Assembly (NCBI GenBank): GCA_017404385.1
Contig: JAFRCK010000022.1
Location: 10,674-74,673 of the forward strand
Direction of reading: 5' to 3'
Length of the DNA: 64,000 nucleotides
DNA from: Bacilli bacterium
GTDB taxonomy: Bacteria; Bacillota_I; Bacilli_A; RF39; UBA660
Positions within the stretch are counted from its first letter, which is position 1. Each line of letters starts with the position of its first letter. Position numbers and translations under genes: made by a program. Of the stretch, positions 29,754 to 38,618 are shown piece by piece. The notes under the pieces are model-generated. The model worked only from the letters and a program-made list of their open reading frames with translations. It made no database searches and was not told the DNA's origin.

Positions 29754-30506
29754 ATGAAAAAGAAATTAAAAGTAAAGAATATTATATATATAATGTTTTT
29801 GATTATTTTTTTAGCTATGTTTTTATATTCTGGATATAAAATAGTATGTTATTTAATAGATAATAAAAATAATAGAGACTTAGATGAAAAAACAAAACAA
29901 TATATTGAAATAAATGATCAAGCAACAAAAATTGATGAAAAATATGAAATTGATTGGGCTAAATTAAAAAATCATAATCCCAATACAGTTGCTTATTTAA
30001 AAGTAAATGGTACTAATATAGATTATATAGTTGTTAGAGGAAATGATAATAGTTATTATTTAAGAAGAACATTTGATAGAACATGGAATGCTTCTGGTTG
30101 GATATTTGGTGATTATAGAAATGATTTTGATGGTAGTGATAAGAATTTAATTATATATGGACATAATACAAAAGATGGTTCTATGTTTGGTACATTAAGA
30201 AATGTTTTAACAGAAGATTGGCAATCAAAAAAAGAAAACTTAAAAATAGAACTTGTTACTGAAAAAGGAAAATATATTTATGAAGTATTTTCTACTTATA
30301 TAATAAGTCCAGAAGAATACTATATAACAACATATTTTGGTAATATAGATTTTAATAACTTTGTTAAAGAGATGGCATCAAGATCTAATAAAGATTATGG
30401 AGTTGATTTAAGTAACGTTAGCTCAATTCTTACTTTATCGACATGTAGTGATAATTTAGTTGACAGAGTAGTTTTACATGCTAAATTAATTGAAAAAACA
30501 GAATAG
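29754..30506 (+). CDS. srtB: class B sortase
   Basis: N-terminal anchor, VAYLKVNGTNIDYIVV, IIYGHN and the active site LTLSTC. Confidence 0.75.
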   Translation: MKKKLKVKNIIYIMFLIIFLAMFLYSGYKIVCYLIDNKNNRDLDEKTKQYIEINDQATKIDEKYEIDWAKLKNHNPNTVAYLKVNGTNIDYIVVRGNDNSYYLRRTFDRTWNASGWIFGDYRNDFDGSDKNLIIYGHNTKDGSMFGTLRNVLTEDWQSKKENLKIELVTEKGKYIYEVFSTYIISPEEYYITTYFGNIDFNNFVKEMASRSNKDYGVDLSNVSSILTLSTCSDNLVDRVVLHAKLIEKTE

Positions 30507-30520
30507 GTGGGTGTGATTAT

Positions 30521-31216
30521 ATGAAAATTAGTACTTTTAATATACAAAATGATTCTAAAACTTATAAAAGAAAAAAAGTTGATGAATTACATAGTTATAT
30601 AGAAAAAAATAAAATAGATGTATTAGGTCTTCAAGAAGTTTTTCCTAAACTTGATAAAGATATAAAAGATGATTTAGGATATGACTATAAAGTAGAAGGT
30701 AAATTTAGATTTTTATCTAGAATTATTCTAAGAAGAATTAATGAAAAGAATCCAATTATTACTCCTTTAGAAGTAATATCTTCTAAAACTTATCATTTAC
30801 CATCTTTTCCATCATTAACTAAAAGAGTACTAACTCATGTAGTAATTAAATATAGAAATAAAGAAATAAGTATTTATAATACTCATTTAGAAGTATATAT
30901 TCCATCTGTTAAAATAAGACAATTAAATAAGATATATGAAATTATAAAAGATGATAATAGACCTAAAGTCTTAATGGGAGATTTTAATTTAAAAAACAAT
31001 AATAATATTTTTAATGAATTTGTTACAAAGTTAGAGGAACTTGATATTAAAAGAATTCCACTTGATGAAAAAACTTATAAACCATCTAAATATAAAAGAG
31101 AAATAGATCATATTTTTATAAGTAAAGAATTTAAATTAAAAAGTAAAAATGTAATAAAGGATTTAGTTATAAGTGATCATTATCCTGTTTTAATAGATGT
31201 AACTTTTAAGGGATAG
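30521..31216 (+). CDS. endonuclease/exonuclease/phosphatase (EEP) family protein
   Basis: LGLQEV, MGDFN and the C-terminal SDHYPV. Confidence 0.7.
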   Translation: MKISTFNIQNDSKTYKRKKVDELHSYIEKNKIDVLGLQEVFPKLDKDIKDDLGYDYKVEGKFRFLSRIILRRINEKNPIITPLEVISSKTYHLPSFPSLTKRVLTHVVIKYRNKEISIYNTHLEVYIPSVKIRQLNKIYEIIKDDNRPKVLMGDFNLKNNNNIFNEFVTKLEELDIKRIPLDEKTYKPSKYKREIDHIFISKEFKLKSKNVIKDLVISDHYPVLIDVTFKG

Positions 31217-31228
31217 AAAGGAGTTTAT

Positions 31229-31552
31229 ATGAAGAAACTGTTTTTGCCGGTAATTATACTAGCACTAGTATTAATAACTGTTGGATGTGGTAGTAAACCA
31301 AGCATAGTTGGATCATGGGAAAATAAAGAAGATGCTGTTGTTATTACATTTGATAAAAATGGAACTGGTTATACTAAAATAGAAAATAATTATTATGATA
31401 GTTTTATATATACATATAAAGATGGTATTTTAAAAATAAAATATCAAACTATTATGGAAGCAGAATTAAGTTATAAATGTGAAATTACTGAAGATACTTT
31501 AGAAATAAATATAGATAATAAAAAAGTAATATATAAAAGAATAAAAGACTAA
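31229..31552 (+). CDS. small lipoprotein
   Basis: Lipobox LITVGC. Confidence 0.55.
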   Translation: MKKLFLPVIILALVLITVGCGSKPSIVGSWENKEDAVVITFDKNGTGYTKIENNYYDSFIYTYKDGILKIKYQTIMEAELSYKCEITEDTLEINIDNKKVIYKRIKD

Positions 31553-31827
31553 TTATTTAGTCTTTTTAGTTTTAAATATTTTTCATTGTATTCTTTTTTT
31601 AAACCTAATTTATTATTAATTTCTTCATATATTCTTTTATATATATTAAAACTACTAGATTCTACTTTTGATGAAACATAATAATTATTTTTTGTAATAC
31701 AATAAAAGAATACAATTTTATCTAAAACATCTTCAAATACATATAATTTATCTATGTTATTTATATTATGTAAAACAAAATTTCTAAAATCAATTTCTGA
31801 TTTATAAACTATACTATTTAATTTCAT
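31549..31827 (-). CDS. hypothetical protein
   Basis: 92-aa minus-strand ORF convergent with the lipoprotein gene. No motif recognised. Confidence 0.35.
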   Translation of the reverse strand: MKLNSIVYKSEIDFRNFVLHNINNIDKLYVFEDVLDKIVFFYCITKNNYYVSSKVESSSFNIYKRIYEEINNKLGLKKEYNEKYLKLKRLNN

Positions 31828-31886
31828 ATTTAATTATATGTTATAATATAATTAATATTACAAAAAATTATATATAAGGTGTTAAT

Positions 31887-32115
31887 ATGAATGAATTACT
31901 AAATAATATTGATAAGATACATACAACTAAACTAGGTATAGGAAGAATCAAACGTAATGATAATATTTATGATATTGAATATATAAAAAAATAATATTAA
32001 ATAAAAAATCAATTATTAATAAAAAAGGAAAGAATTATTATGTAGAAATAGAAAATATAATAATAACAATTAATTCATATAATTATTGTATTATTACAGT
32101 TCATAGGAGGTAGTA
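31887..32115 (+). pseudogene. decayed DUF3781-like gene
   Basis: MNELLNNIDKIHTTKLGIGRIKRN stops at 31994. A shifted frame continues as KGKNYYVEIENIIITINSYNYCIITVH. Together these resemble the N- and C-terminal halves of DUF3781 proteins, with the middle deleted or frameshifted. Confidence 0.45.
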
Positions 32116-32117
32116 TT

Positions 32118-32663
32118 ATGGAAATGATAGATGTATATAATGAAAATAATGAATTCTTAGGTTATTCAAAAACAAGAGATGAAGTACATGAAGAAAACTT
32201 ATTTCATAGACATGTATCTGCTTGGATAATGAATTATGAAGGTAAAATATTACTCCAACAACGTGCATTCACTAAGAAAAAGAATCCAGGAAAATGGGCA
32301 AAAACTGGTGGACATGTAGATGCTGGTGAATCATGCAATGATGCTTTAAAAAGAGAAATAAAAGAAGAAATAGGATTGAATATAAGTGATATAGAAGAAA
32401 TTAATGTTTTTAAAAGTGAAAATCCTAATTATTTTTCATATAATTATATAGTTTTTACAAATTTAAATGAAGAGGATTTTATATTGCAAAAAGAAGAAGT
32501 TAATTCTGTTAAGTATTATGATATAGAAGAATTAGAGAGTTATAAAAAAGACAATAATAAAGATTTTACTTTTTGTAAATGGAATGTTGATGATTTTTAT
32601 AATCAAATGAATATACTAAAAGAATATAGAAATAAAATAAAAGAACTTGGTCAAAAAAAGTAA
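32118..32663 (+). CDS. Nudix hydrolase
   Basis: Nudix box GGHVDAGESCNDALKREIKEEIG. Confidence 0.8.
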   Translation: MEMIDVYNENNEFLGYSKTRDEVHEENLFHRHVSAWIMNYEGKILLQQRAFTKKKNPGKWAKTGGHVDAGESCNDALKREIKEEIGLNISDIEEINVFKSENPNYFSYNYIVFTNLNEEDFILQKEEVNSVKYYDIEELESYKKDNNKDFTFCKWNVDDFYNQMNILKEYRNKIKELGQKK

Positions 32664-32670
32664 TGACTAA

Positions 32671-32700
32671 AGAATAAGTAGGAGTAATCCTACTTATTCT
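32671..32700 (+). terminator. 13-bp-stem hairpin (no T-run)
   Basis: AGAATAAGTAGGA-GTAA-TCCTACTTATTCT. Its core recurs at 43862-43880. Confidence 0.5.
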
Positions 32701-32739
32701 ATGTTATAATGAATATGGACTTAAAAAGAGGTGAATATA

Positions 32740-35112
32740 TTGGATTTTAAATATGATGCTTTTATAAGTTATAGGCACTGTGATTTAGATAAATTTGTAG
32801 CGGAAAATTTACATAAGATTTTAGAAACTTATGAATTACCTAAAAATGTTAAAGAAAAACTAGGTATAACAGGTAGAACAATTAGAAGAGTATTTAGAGA
32901 TCAGGATGAATTACCATTATCAAGTAATTTAGAAGATCCAATAATTGATTCATTAAAAAATTCTAAATACTTAATAGTTATTTGTTCACCAAGATTAAAA
33001 GATTCTTTATGGTGTAAAAAAGAAATAGAGACTTTTAAAAAACTAAGAGGTAGAAAAAATATATTTTGTGTATTAATTGAAGGTGAACCAAAAGATTCAT
33101 TTCCAGAAGAAGTACTTTATGATGAAGAAGAAAAAATATTAAAAAATGGTAAAAAGAAAAAAGAAAAAGTATTAGTAGAACCACTAGCGGCAGATGTTAG
33201 AGGAGAAACAAAAAAAGATGTATTGAAGAAATTAAAAGAAGAAAAACTTAGATTAATCGCACCAATGTATAATTTAGACTATGATGATTTAAAACAAAGG
33301 CATAAAATAAGAAGACAAAAAAGAATACTAATCATTTCATTAATAGCGGCATCATTTTTATTCTTACTAGCTCTTTATACATCTATTATGCTTATTAAGA
33401 TTAATTCACAAAAGAATACTTTAAGATTACATCAAGCAGAATCACTATCAACTAAATCTAAAGAATCATTAAAAAATGATAATAGATATGATGCGATTAA
33501 TTATTCATATCAAGCTTTAACTGAATTTGATGGAGTTAATATGCCCTATACATCAGAAGCTGAATATGAGTTAGTAGAAAGTTTAGGATTATATGATGTA
33601 GGATCTTCATATAAAAATATTTCTGAATTAAAAACAGATGGAGTTGCGACATTTATTAAAACTAGCGATAATAATGAATATGGTTTAGTATATGATGAAT
33701 CTGAAAAACTAACTTTATTTAATACTAAGACAATGAAAGTTATAGATAACTATGATTTAAATGGAACATTTGATGAAGAATCATTTTCATTCCTGGATAA
33801 TGATAGATTTGCCTATATAAATAAAGAAGGGAATATAAATATTATTTCTATTAAAGATGGTAAATTAATAAAAGAAATAGAAAAGAAAGATGAAAAATAT
33901 AAATCAGTTATAGGTAGTAAAGACTATTTATCATATATAGATAAAAAGAATGTATATGTTTATAATTTAAAAGAAGATAAAGTAGTAGGTAGTATTTCAA
34001 CAAACGATAAATTTATAGATGATTTATATTATTCTGATAATGATGAATATTTATTCGCAACTACTACAGATGATAGTTTTAATGTAGATGAAGAAGACTA
34101 TTTAGAAGTTCATGTAATAGAATTAAAAACTGCTAAAGAAATTAATTCCACTAGAATAGATGCTAGTTATGTATCAGGAATGTTAACTAAAAATGGTAAT
34201 CTTTATATGCTTTTAAATAGATCATATGGTACAGAGTTTAGTATGATTTCGGTATCATATAATTATACTTCTGGTGATACTAATTGGACTAGGATATTCG
34301 AAGGTAATTATGGTAGATTTATAACTAAATCATATCCAGAAGATATTAATCATATTGTAGTAGTTAATTATCAAACTGTTAATATTTTAGATGGTGATTC
34401 TGGAGAAGTAGTAGAAGTCTTTAATTTAGATGATGAAATAATAAATATATATTCAAATCTAAATAAAGAACTTTATCTAGCTTTCTTAAAAAATGGTTCT
34501 GTTAATTATCTAAGCATGGAAAGTAGAAAGAGTTATGAACTTCTAGGTAAATATGAATTTAATATAGATAATTATTCTAAAGTAGCGTTATCTAAAGATG
34601 GATTCTTATTAATACCTAATAATGAAAACAGAGTAGTATTATATGAAACAAAGTCAAATAAAGATATTAAAAGTGTAGATATGAAATTTGATTTTGTTAA
34701 AGATGATTCAATAAAAATAACTGATTATGATAAGATTAAAGAAGAATATGATATAAAAAATAAAAGCTTAGTAGAAAAAATATTTTATGATGATAAAAAA
34801 GAATTATTATTTGTAAATTATACTAATGAAGATTTAGTTATATATAATGTTAAAGATAAAAAACAATTAAACAAAATAGAAAAAATTGGTAAAGTAAATC
34901 ATTATTTTGGAAAAGATAAGTATGGTAGAATCTATATTGGAGATAATTCAAATTCATATATAATAGATAATTATGAAAAAGTAGGACACATAAAAGGATT
35001 AATAAAATTAGAAAAAGATAAAGTATATATTTCTAATGATGAGAAGTTCTATTCTATAAAGATTTATAATTTAAACGAAGTATTAAAAGAAGCCAAAGAT
35101 TATTTAAAATAA
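32740..35112 (+). CDS. TIR-domain protein with TM helix and large C-terminal beta-propeller-like domain
   Basis: N-terminal YDAFISYRH, LIVICSP and SLWCKKEIE (TIR motifs including the conserved Glu context). TM helix ILIISLIAASFLFLLALYTSIMLI at about aa 200. About 570 further residues carry recurring blade-like strands (VYVYNLKEDK, VVLYETKSNK, LVIYNVKDKK). Start is TTG at 32740 or GTG at 32731. Confidence 0.75.
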   Translation: MDFKYDAFISYRHCDLDKFVAENLHKILETYELPKNVKEKLGITGRTIRRVFRDQDELPLSSNLEDPIIDSLKNSKYLIVICSPRLKDSLWCKKEIETFKKLRGRKNIFCVLIEGEPKDSFPEEVLYDEEEKILKNGKKKKEKVLVEPLAADVRGETKKDVLKKLKEEKLRLIAPMYNLDYDDLKQRHKIRRQKRILIISLIAASFLFLLALYTSIMLIKINSQKNTLRLHQAESLSTKSKESLKNDNRYDAINYSYQALTEFDGVNMPYTSEAEYELVESLGLYDVGSSYKNISELKTDGVATFIKTSDNNEYGLVYDESEKLTLFNTKTMKVIDNYDLNGTFDEESFSFLDNDRFAYINKEGNINIISIKDGKLIKEIEKKDEKYKSVIGSKDYLSYIDKKNVYVYNLKEDKVVGSISTNDKFIDDLYYSDNDEYLFATTTDDSFNVDEEDYLEVHVIELKTAKEINSTRIDASYVSGMLTKNGNLYMLLNRSYGTEFSMISVSYNYTSGDTNWTRIFEGNYGRFITKSYPEDINHIVVVNYQTVNILDGDSGEVVEVFNLDDEIINIYSNLNKELYLAFLKNGSVNYLSMESRKSYELLGKYEFNIDNYSKVALSKDGFLLIPNNENRVVLYETKSNKDIKSVDMKFDFVKDDSIKITDYDKIKEEYDIKNKSLVEKIFYDDKKELLFVNYTNEDLVIYNVKDKKQLNKIEKIGKVNHYFGKDKYGRIYIGDNSNSYIIDNYEKVGHIKGLIKLEKDKVYISNDEKFYSIKIYNLNEVLKEAKDYLK

Positions 35113-35125
35113 AAAAGGAGGAAAT

Positions 35126-36100
35126 ATGAAAAAGAGATTTTTAATATTAATTTTATTAATAGTAGGATTATTTACTATAACTGGATGTGGTTGTAGTAAA
35201 AAAACAAATGAAGATACAAAAAATAAAAAGGAAATAATAACACCACTAATGTATAAAGTAACAAAAGAAGGAAGTAGTAATACAATTTATATACTTGGTA
35301 CAATTCATGCCGGAAGTTTAAAAAATACAGAATTTGCTAAATATGTAACTAAAGCATTTGATGAAAGTCATTATGTAGCCGCTGAAATTGACAATGAAGA
35401 AGACGAATCTTTAGATGAAGTTCTTGAACAATTAGAAAAATTCACATATGATGGGGATGATACTATTAAGAATCATATGTCGTCAGAAGAAAATTATAAT
35501 AAACTAATGAAATATGTAGAAGATAATAATTTAGAAATAGAATTAATAGATAAAGAAAAATTAAACTTAGAATACTATTCTAGGTCATTAACACAAGTTG
35601 TTATAGAAAAATCAGGTTTAACTGCTGAAGAAGGAATAGATGAATATTTTGTTAATATGGCTAAAAAAGAAAAAAAGAATTTCTTAGTTGTTGAAGGTAC
35701 TGAATTCCAATCAGAAGTATTAGCTAGTCTATCTGATAAATTTTATGAAAATATGATAATAAGTGCAATTGAAAATTTAGATGAACAAATAAAAGAATTA
35801 AAGGACTCTTTTGAAATTTGGAAAAAGGGTAATGAAAAAGAAATATGGAAAGATGATGGTTCATCAATAAAAGAAGAAGATAAATCTAAATATAGTGAAG
35901 AAGATATTAAGGCAGCAGAAGAATTTGACGAAAAAATATTATATTCTAGAAATATAACTATGACTGATAAATTAGAAGAATACTTTAAAGATAATAAAGA
36001 TGTATTTTATATGGTAGGACAAGATCATGTTATAGGTGATAGAGGAATAGTATCATTATTAAGACAAAGAGGATATACTGTAACAAAAATATCAAAATAA
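35126..36100 (+). CDS. TraB/GumN (TIKI-like) family lipoprotein
   Basis: Lipobox LFTITGC and the family N-terminal motif TIYILGTIHAG. Starts 13 nt after the TIR gene stop. Confidence 0.65.
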   Translation: MKKRFLILILLIVGLFTITGCGCSKKTNEDTKNKKEIITPLMYKVTKEGSSNTIYILGTIHAGSLKNTEFAKYVTKAFDESHYVAAEIDNEEDESLDEVLEQLEKFTYDGDDTIKNHMSSEENYNKLMKYVEDNNLEIELIDKEKLNLEYYSRSLTQVVIEKSGLTAEEGIDEYFVNMAKKEKKNFLVVEGTEFQSEVLASLSDKFYENMIISAIENLDEQIKELKDSFEIWKKGNEKEIWKDDGSSIKEEDKSKYSEEDIKAAEEFDEKILYSRNITMTDKLEEYFKDNKDVFYMVGQDHVIGDRGIVSLLRQRGYTVTKISK

Positions 36101-36104
36101 AAAG

Positions 36105-36129
36105 TTCTAACATTCGTTAGAATTTTTTT
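36105..36129 (+). terminator. rho-independent terminator
   Basis: TTCTAAC-ATTC-GTTAGAA followed by a T-run. Confidence 0.7.
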
Positions 36130-36180
36130 ATTATAAAATATGTTATAATAATCTTAGATTATTAAAAGGAGGAAAATAAT

Positions 36181-36480
36181 ATGTCTAAAGAAAGCGCAAA
36201 AAGTTTTGTTGATAAGTTTTATAATGATGATGAATTTATAAGAGAATTAACTTTAAAAGGTGGAGTTAATTCAAAAGCTAGTGAAGAAGAAAGATCAAAG
36301 TTACTAATGAAGGTTTCAAAGGAAATGGGATTTAATTTCACTGAAGAAGAATATAGTGATGCTGTTAAAAAGTATTTTGAAGGAAAAGGTGTTTGGACTG
36401 CTATAAAAACTTTTAGACATTTTAATAAAATAGCTAAAAAAGCAGAAAAAGAAAGAGAAAAGAATAAAAAGCATAATTAA
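36181..36480 (+). CDS. Nif11-domain-like small protein
   Basis: MSKESAKSFVDKFYNDDEFIRELT ... VSKEMGFNFTEEEY resembles the Nif11 N-terminal domain. Lys-rich tail, no Cys-rich core. Confidence 0.45.
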   Translation: MSKESAKSFVDKFYNDDEFIRELTLKGGVNSKASEEERSKLLMKVSKEMGFNFTEEEYSDAVKKYFEGKGVWTAIKTFRHFNKIAKKAEKEREKNKKHN

Positions 36481-36518
36481 TTTAAGTTGATATATTTGCT
36501 TTTAGTAATAAATAAAAT

Positions 36519-36590
36519 AAGATTAATAAAACTAGTATAAACTAGTTGATTATGATACTATGACTAATAAACTTAGGGGGATTATAATAT
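36519..36590 (+). repeat. array repeat R0 (short form, one core)
   Basis: AATAAAACTAGTATAAACTAGTTGATTATGAT matches the family consensus AATAAAACTAATATAAATTGGTTGATTACGAT. Runs into the RBS of the ORF at 36591. Confidence 0.7.
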
Positions 36591-37265
36591 ATGAAGGTAA
36601 TTAAACATGAAGACGAATTTGGATTAAGAGTATCTTTTCAAGAATTAGATAAACAATTTGATGTATCATTTGGTGGTAATTTAGATTTATATTGGACAAT
36701 TCGTTCAAAAAATGAGAATGATAGACATGAATTTATAATCACAAAAGAAAATTATGAAGTATATAGATTGTTTGAAGAATTATTTGATGATATTGAAAAT
36801 ATAAGAATATTTACTGAACCTACTATTCCTTCTTATATAGTAACTGAAGAAGAAAAACAAGATTATATTAAGGAACTAGAATGTGAAAAAAATAAATATA
36901 GATTATATAATTATTCAAATTATAATGAGTTATTTGATAAGGAGAATAGTACTATTACTTGGTATTCAGATGAAACTAATCATGAGGTTTCTAATATACT
37001 AAAAATAATAAAAGAAAAAGAATCTTTTAGATTAGAGTTTTCTATACAAGCACATAAAAGAGAATATGATAGAGATTTTAATTCTTTGAATTATATTCCT
37101 ATTAGATTTAGAAATTCTGGTAGTTCATATGAACCATTTAATGTAATATTTATGAGAATGTATGAAAAAATGAAACAAATTGATGATATTAATGATTATG
37201 GGCATCAAATTCATATTGAAGAATTCTTTTACAATAAAAATAAAACGAAAAAACTAACTAAATAA
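36591..37265 (+). CDS. cassette ORF 1, hypothetical protein
   Basis: 224-aa ORF bounded by R0 and R1. No motif recognised. Confidence 0.5.
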   Translation: MKVIKHEDEFGLRVSFQELDKQFDVSFGGNLDLYWTIRSKNENDRHEFIITKENYEVYRLFEELFDDIENIRIFTEPTIPSYIVTEEEKQDYIKELECEKNKYRLYNYSNYNELFDKENSTITWYSDETNHEVSNILKIIKEKESFRLEFSIQAHKREYDRDFNSLNYIPIRFRNSGSSYEPFNVIFMRMYEKMKQIDDINDYGHQIHIEEFFYNKNKTKKLTK

Positions 37266-37270
37266 TTTAA

Positions 37271-37502
37271 ATGACATATGACCAGGAAACTATATACTAA
37301 TAATTGATTACGGTTTATAGTAACTTTTGTAGAAATCCTTTATTTATAAAGCTTTGTAAAGATTAACATCTTGCATGTTTATACTAAAATATATAAAAAA
37401 TGATGATAATTAGTGAAAATAGAGTGATTTTAAGTAAAATCAGATTAGAAATTGACATAGTGAGAACGGTTAGTTAAGACCAGATGAAAGGAGATGAGAA
37501 TC
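37271..37502 (+). repeat. array repeat R1 (long form, two cores)
   Basis: Degenerate left module. Core TTGATTACGGTT at 37304 and second core GTGAGAACGGTT at 37460 (156 bp apart). Promoter-like module, and hairpin TGATTTT-AAGT-AAAATCA at 37425-37442. Confidence 0.75.
37363..37390 (+). promoter_or_regulatory. promoter-like element inside R1
   Basis: TTAACA-N16-TAAAAT. The same arrangement is found at the same offset in R2 (39292), R5 (41500, with ATAGCA as -35) and R6 (42311). Confidence 0.45.
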
Positions 37503-38540
37503 ATGGCAAATAATTTAGTAATTAGAAGCAGTAGTGCGGAGTTTTTGATATTTGAGAGACAAACACATGATATGGGAATTCAAGTTAGATTTGAAAATGG
37601 AGATTTATGGTTAACTCAAAAAGCTATGAGTGAATTATATGATTGTACTACTGATAATATTTCTTTACATTTAAAAAACATTTATAATGACTACGAACTT
37701 AATAAAAATTCAACTACTGAGGAATTCTCGGTAGTTCAAAAAGAAGGAAATAGAAAAGTAAAAAGAAATATATTATATTATAATTTAGATGCAGTCATTT
37801 CGGTTGGATATAGAGTTAATTCTGATAAAGCAATTCAATTTAGACGATGGGCAACGAATATATTAAAAGAGTTTTCCAAAAAAGGATATATTATTGACAA
37901 ACGAAGAATGGAAAATGGTGCATTTTTTGATGAGGATTATTATGATTCATTATTAGCTGAAATAAGAGAAATTAGATTATCAGAAAGAAGATTCTATCAA
38001 AAGATAACTGATATATATGCTACTAGTATAGATTATGATTCTAAAGCACCAACAACTATTAAATTTTTTAAAAAAGTTCAAAACAAAATGCATTATGCAG
38101 TATCTCATCAAACAGCAGCTGAAATAATATATAATCGTGCTGATTCAGAAAAAGATAATATGGGACTTACATCATGGAAGAATTCTCCAAATGGGAAAAT
38201 TTTAGAAACCGATGTTGTTATTGCTAAAAACTATTTATCTAAAGATGAATTAGAAAGTTTAGAGAGGATAGTTTCTGCATTTTTAGATTTAGCAGAGAAT
38301 AGAGCTAAAAGAAATATTCCAATGACAATGGAAGATTGGTCATCAAGAATTGATAAATATTTACTTGCTGATGATTTGGATATATTAAAAGATGCAGGAA
38401 AAATATCTCATGAAATAGCTTGTGATAAAGCATTATCTGAATTTGAAAAATATAGAATAAAACAGGATAAATTATATAAATCTGATTTTGATTTATTAAT
38501 AGAAGAAGGAATTTCATTTAAAAAAAATGATGAAATTTAA
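37503..38540 (+). CDS. RhuM-family protein
   Basis: VRFENGDLWLTQKAMSELYDCTTDNISLHLKNIY, YNLDAVISVGYRVNSDKAIQFRRWATNILKEF and SERRFYQKITDIYATSIDYD are characteristic of RhuM. The ATG at 37503 is better spaced from AAAGGAG than the ATG at 37494. Confidence 0.8.
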   Translation: MANNLVIRSSSAEFLIFERQTHDMGIQVRFENGDLWLTQKAMSELYDCTTDNISLHLKNIYNDYELNKNSTTEEFSVVQKEGNRKVKRNILYYNLDAVISVGYRVNSDKAIQFRRWATNILKEFSKKGYIIDKRRMENGAFFDEDYYDSLLAEIREIRLSERRFYQKITDIYATSIDYDSKAPTTIKFFKKVQNKMHYAVSHQTAAEIIYNRADSEKDNMGLTSWKNSPNGKILETDVVIAKNYLSKDELESLERIVSAFLDLAENRAKRNIPMTMEDWSSRIDKYLLADDLDILKDAGKISHEIACDKALSEFEKYRIKQDKLYKSDFDLLIEEGISFKKNDEI

Positions 38541-38618
38541 AATTAATTATAAGAATTACTTATAAGTTGAGGTTAAACTAACAAAAATAACTTGTATGTT
38601 GGAGATGATGAAGTAAAT

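Noticed and set aside
36181-36480. Nif11-like protein as a RiPP precursor
   Set aside because: The C-terminal part is Lys/Glu-rich with no Cys/Ser/Thr-rich core and no Gly-Gly type cleavage motif. No maturation enzyme or peptidase-domain transporter gene lies adjacent.
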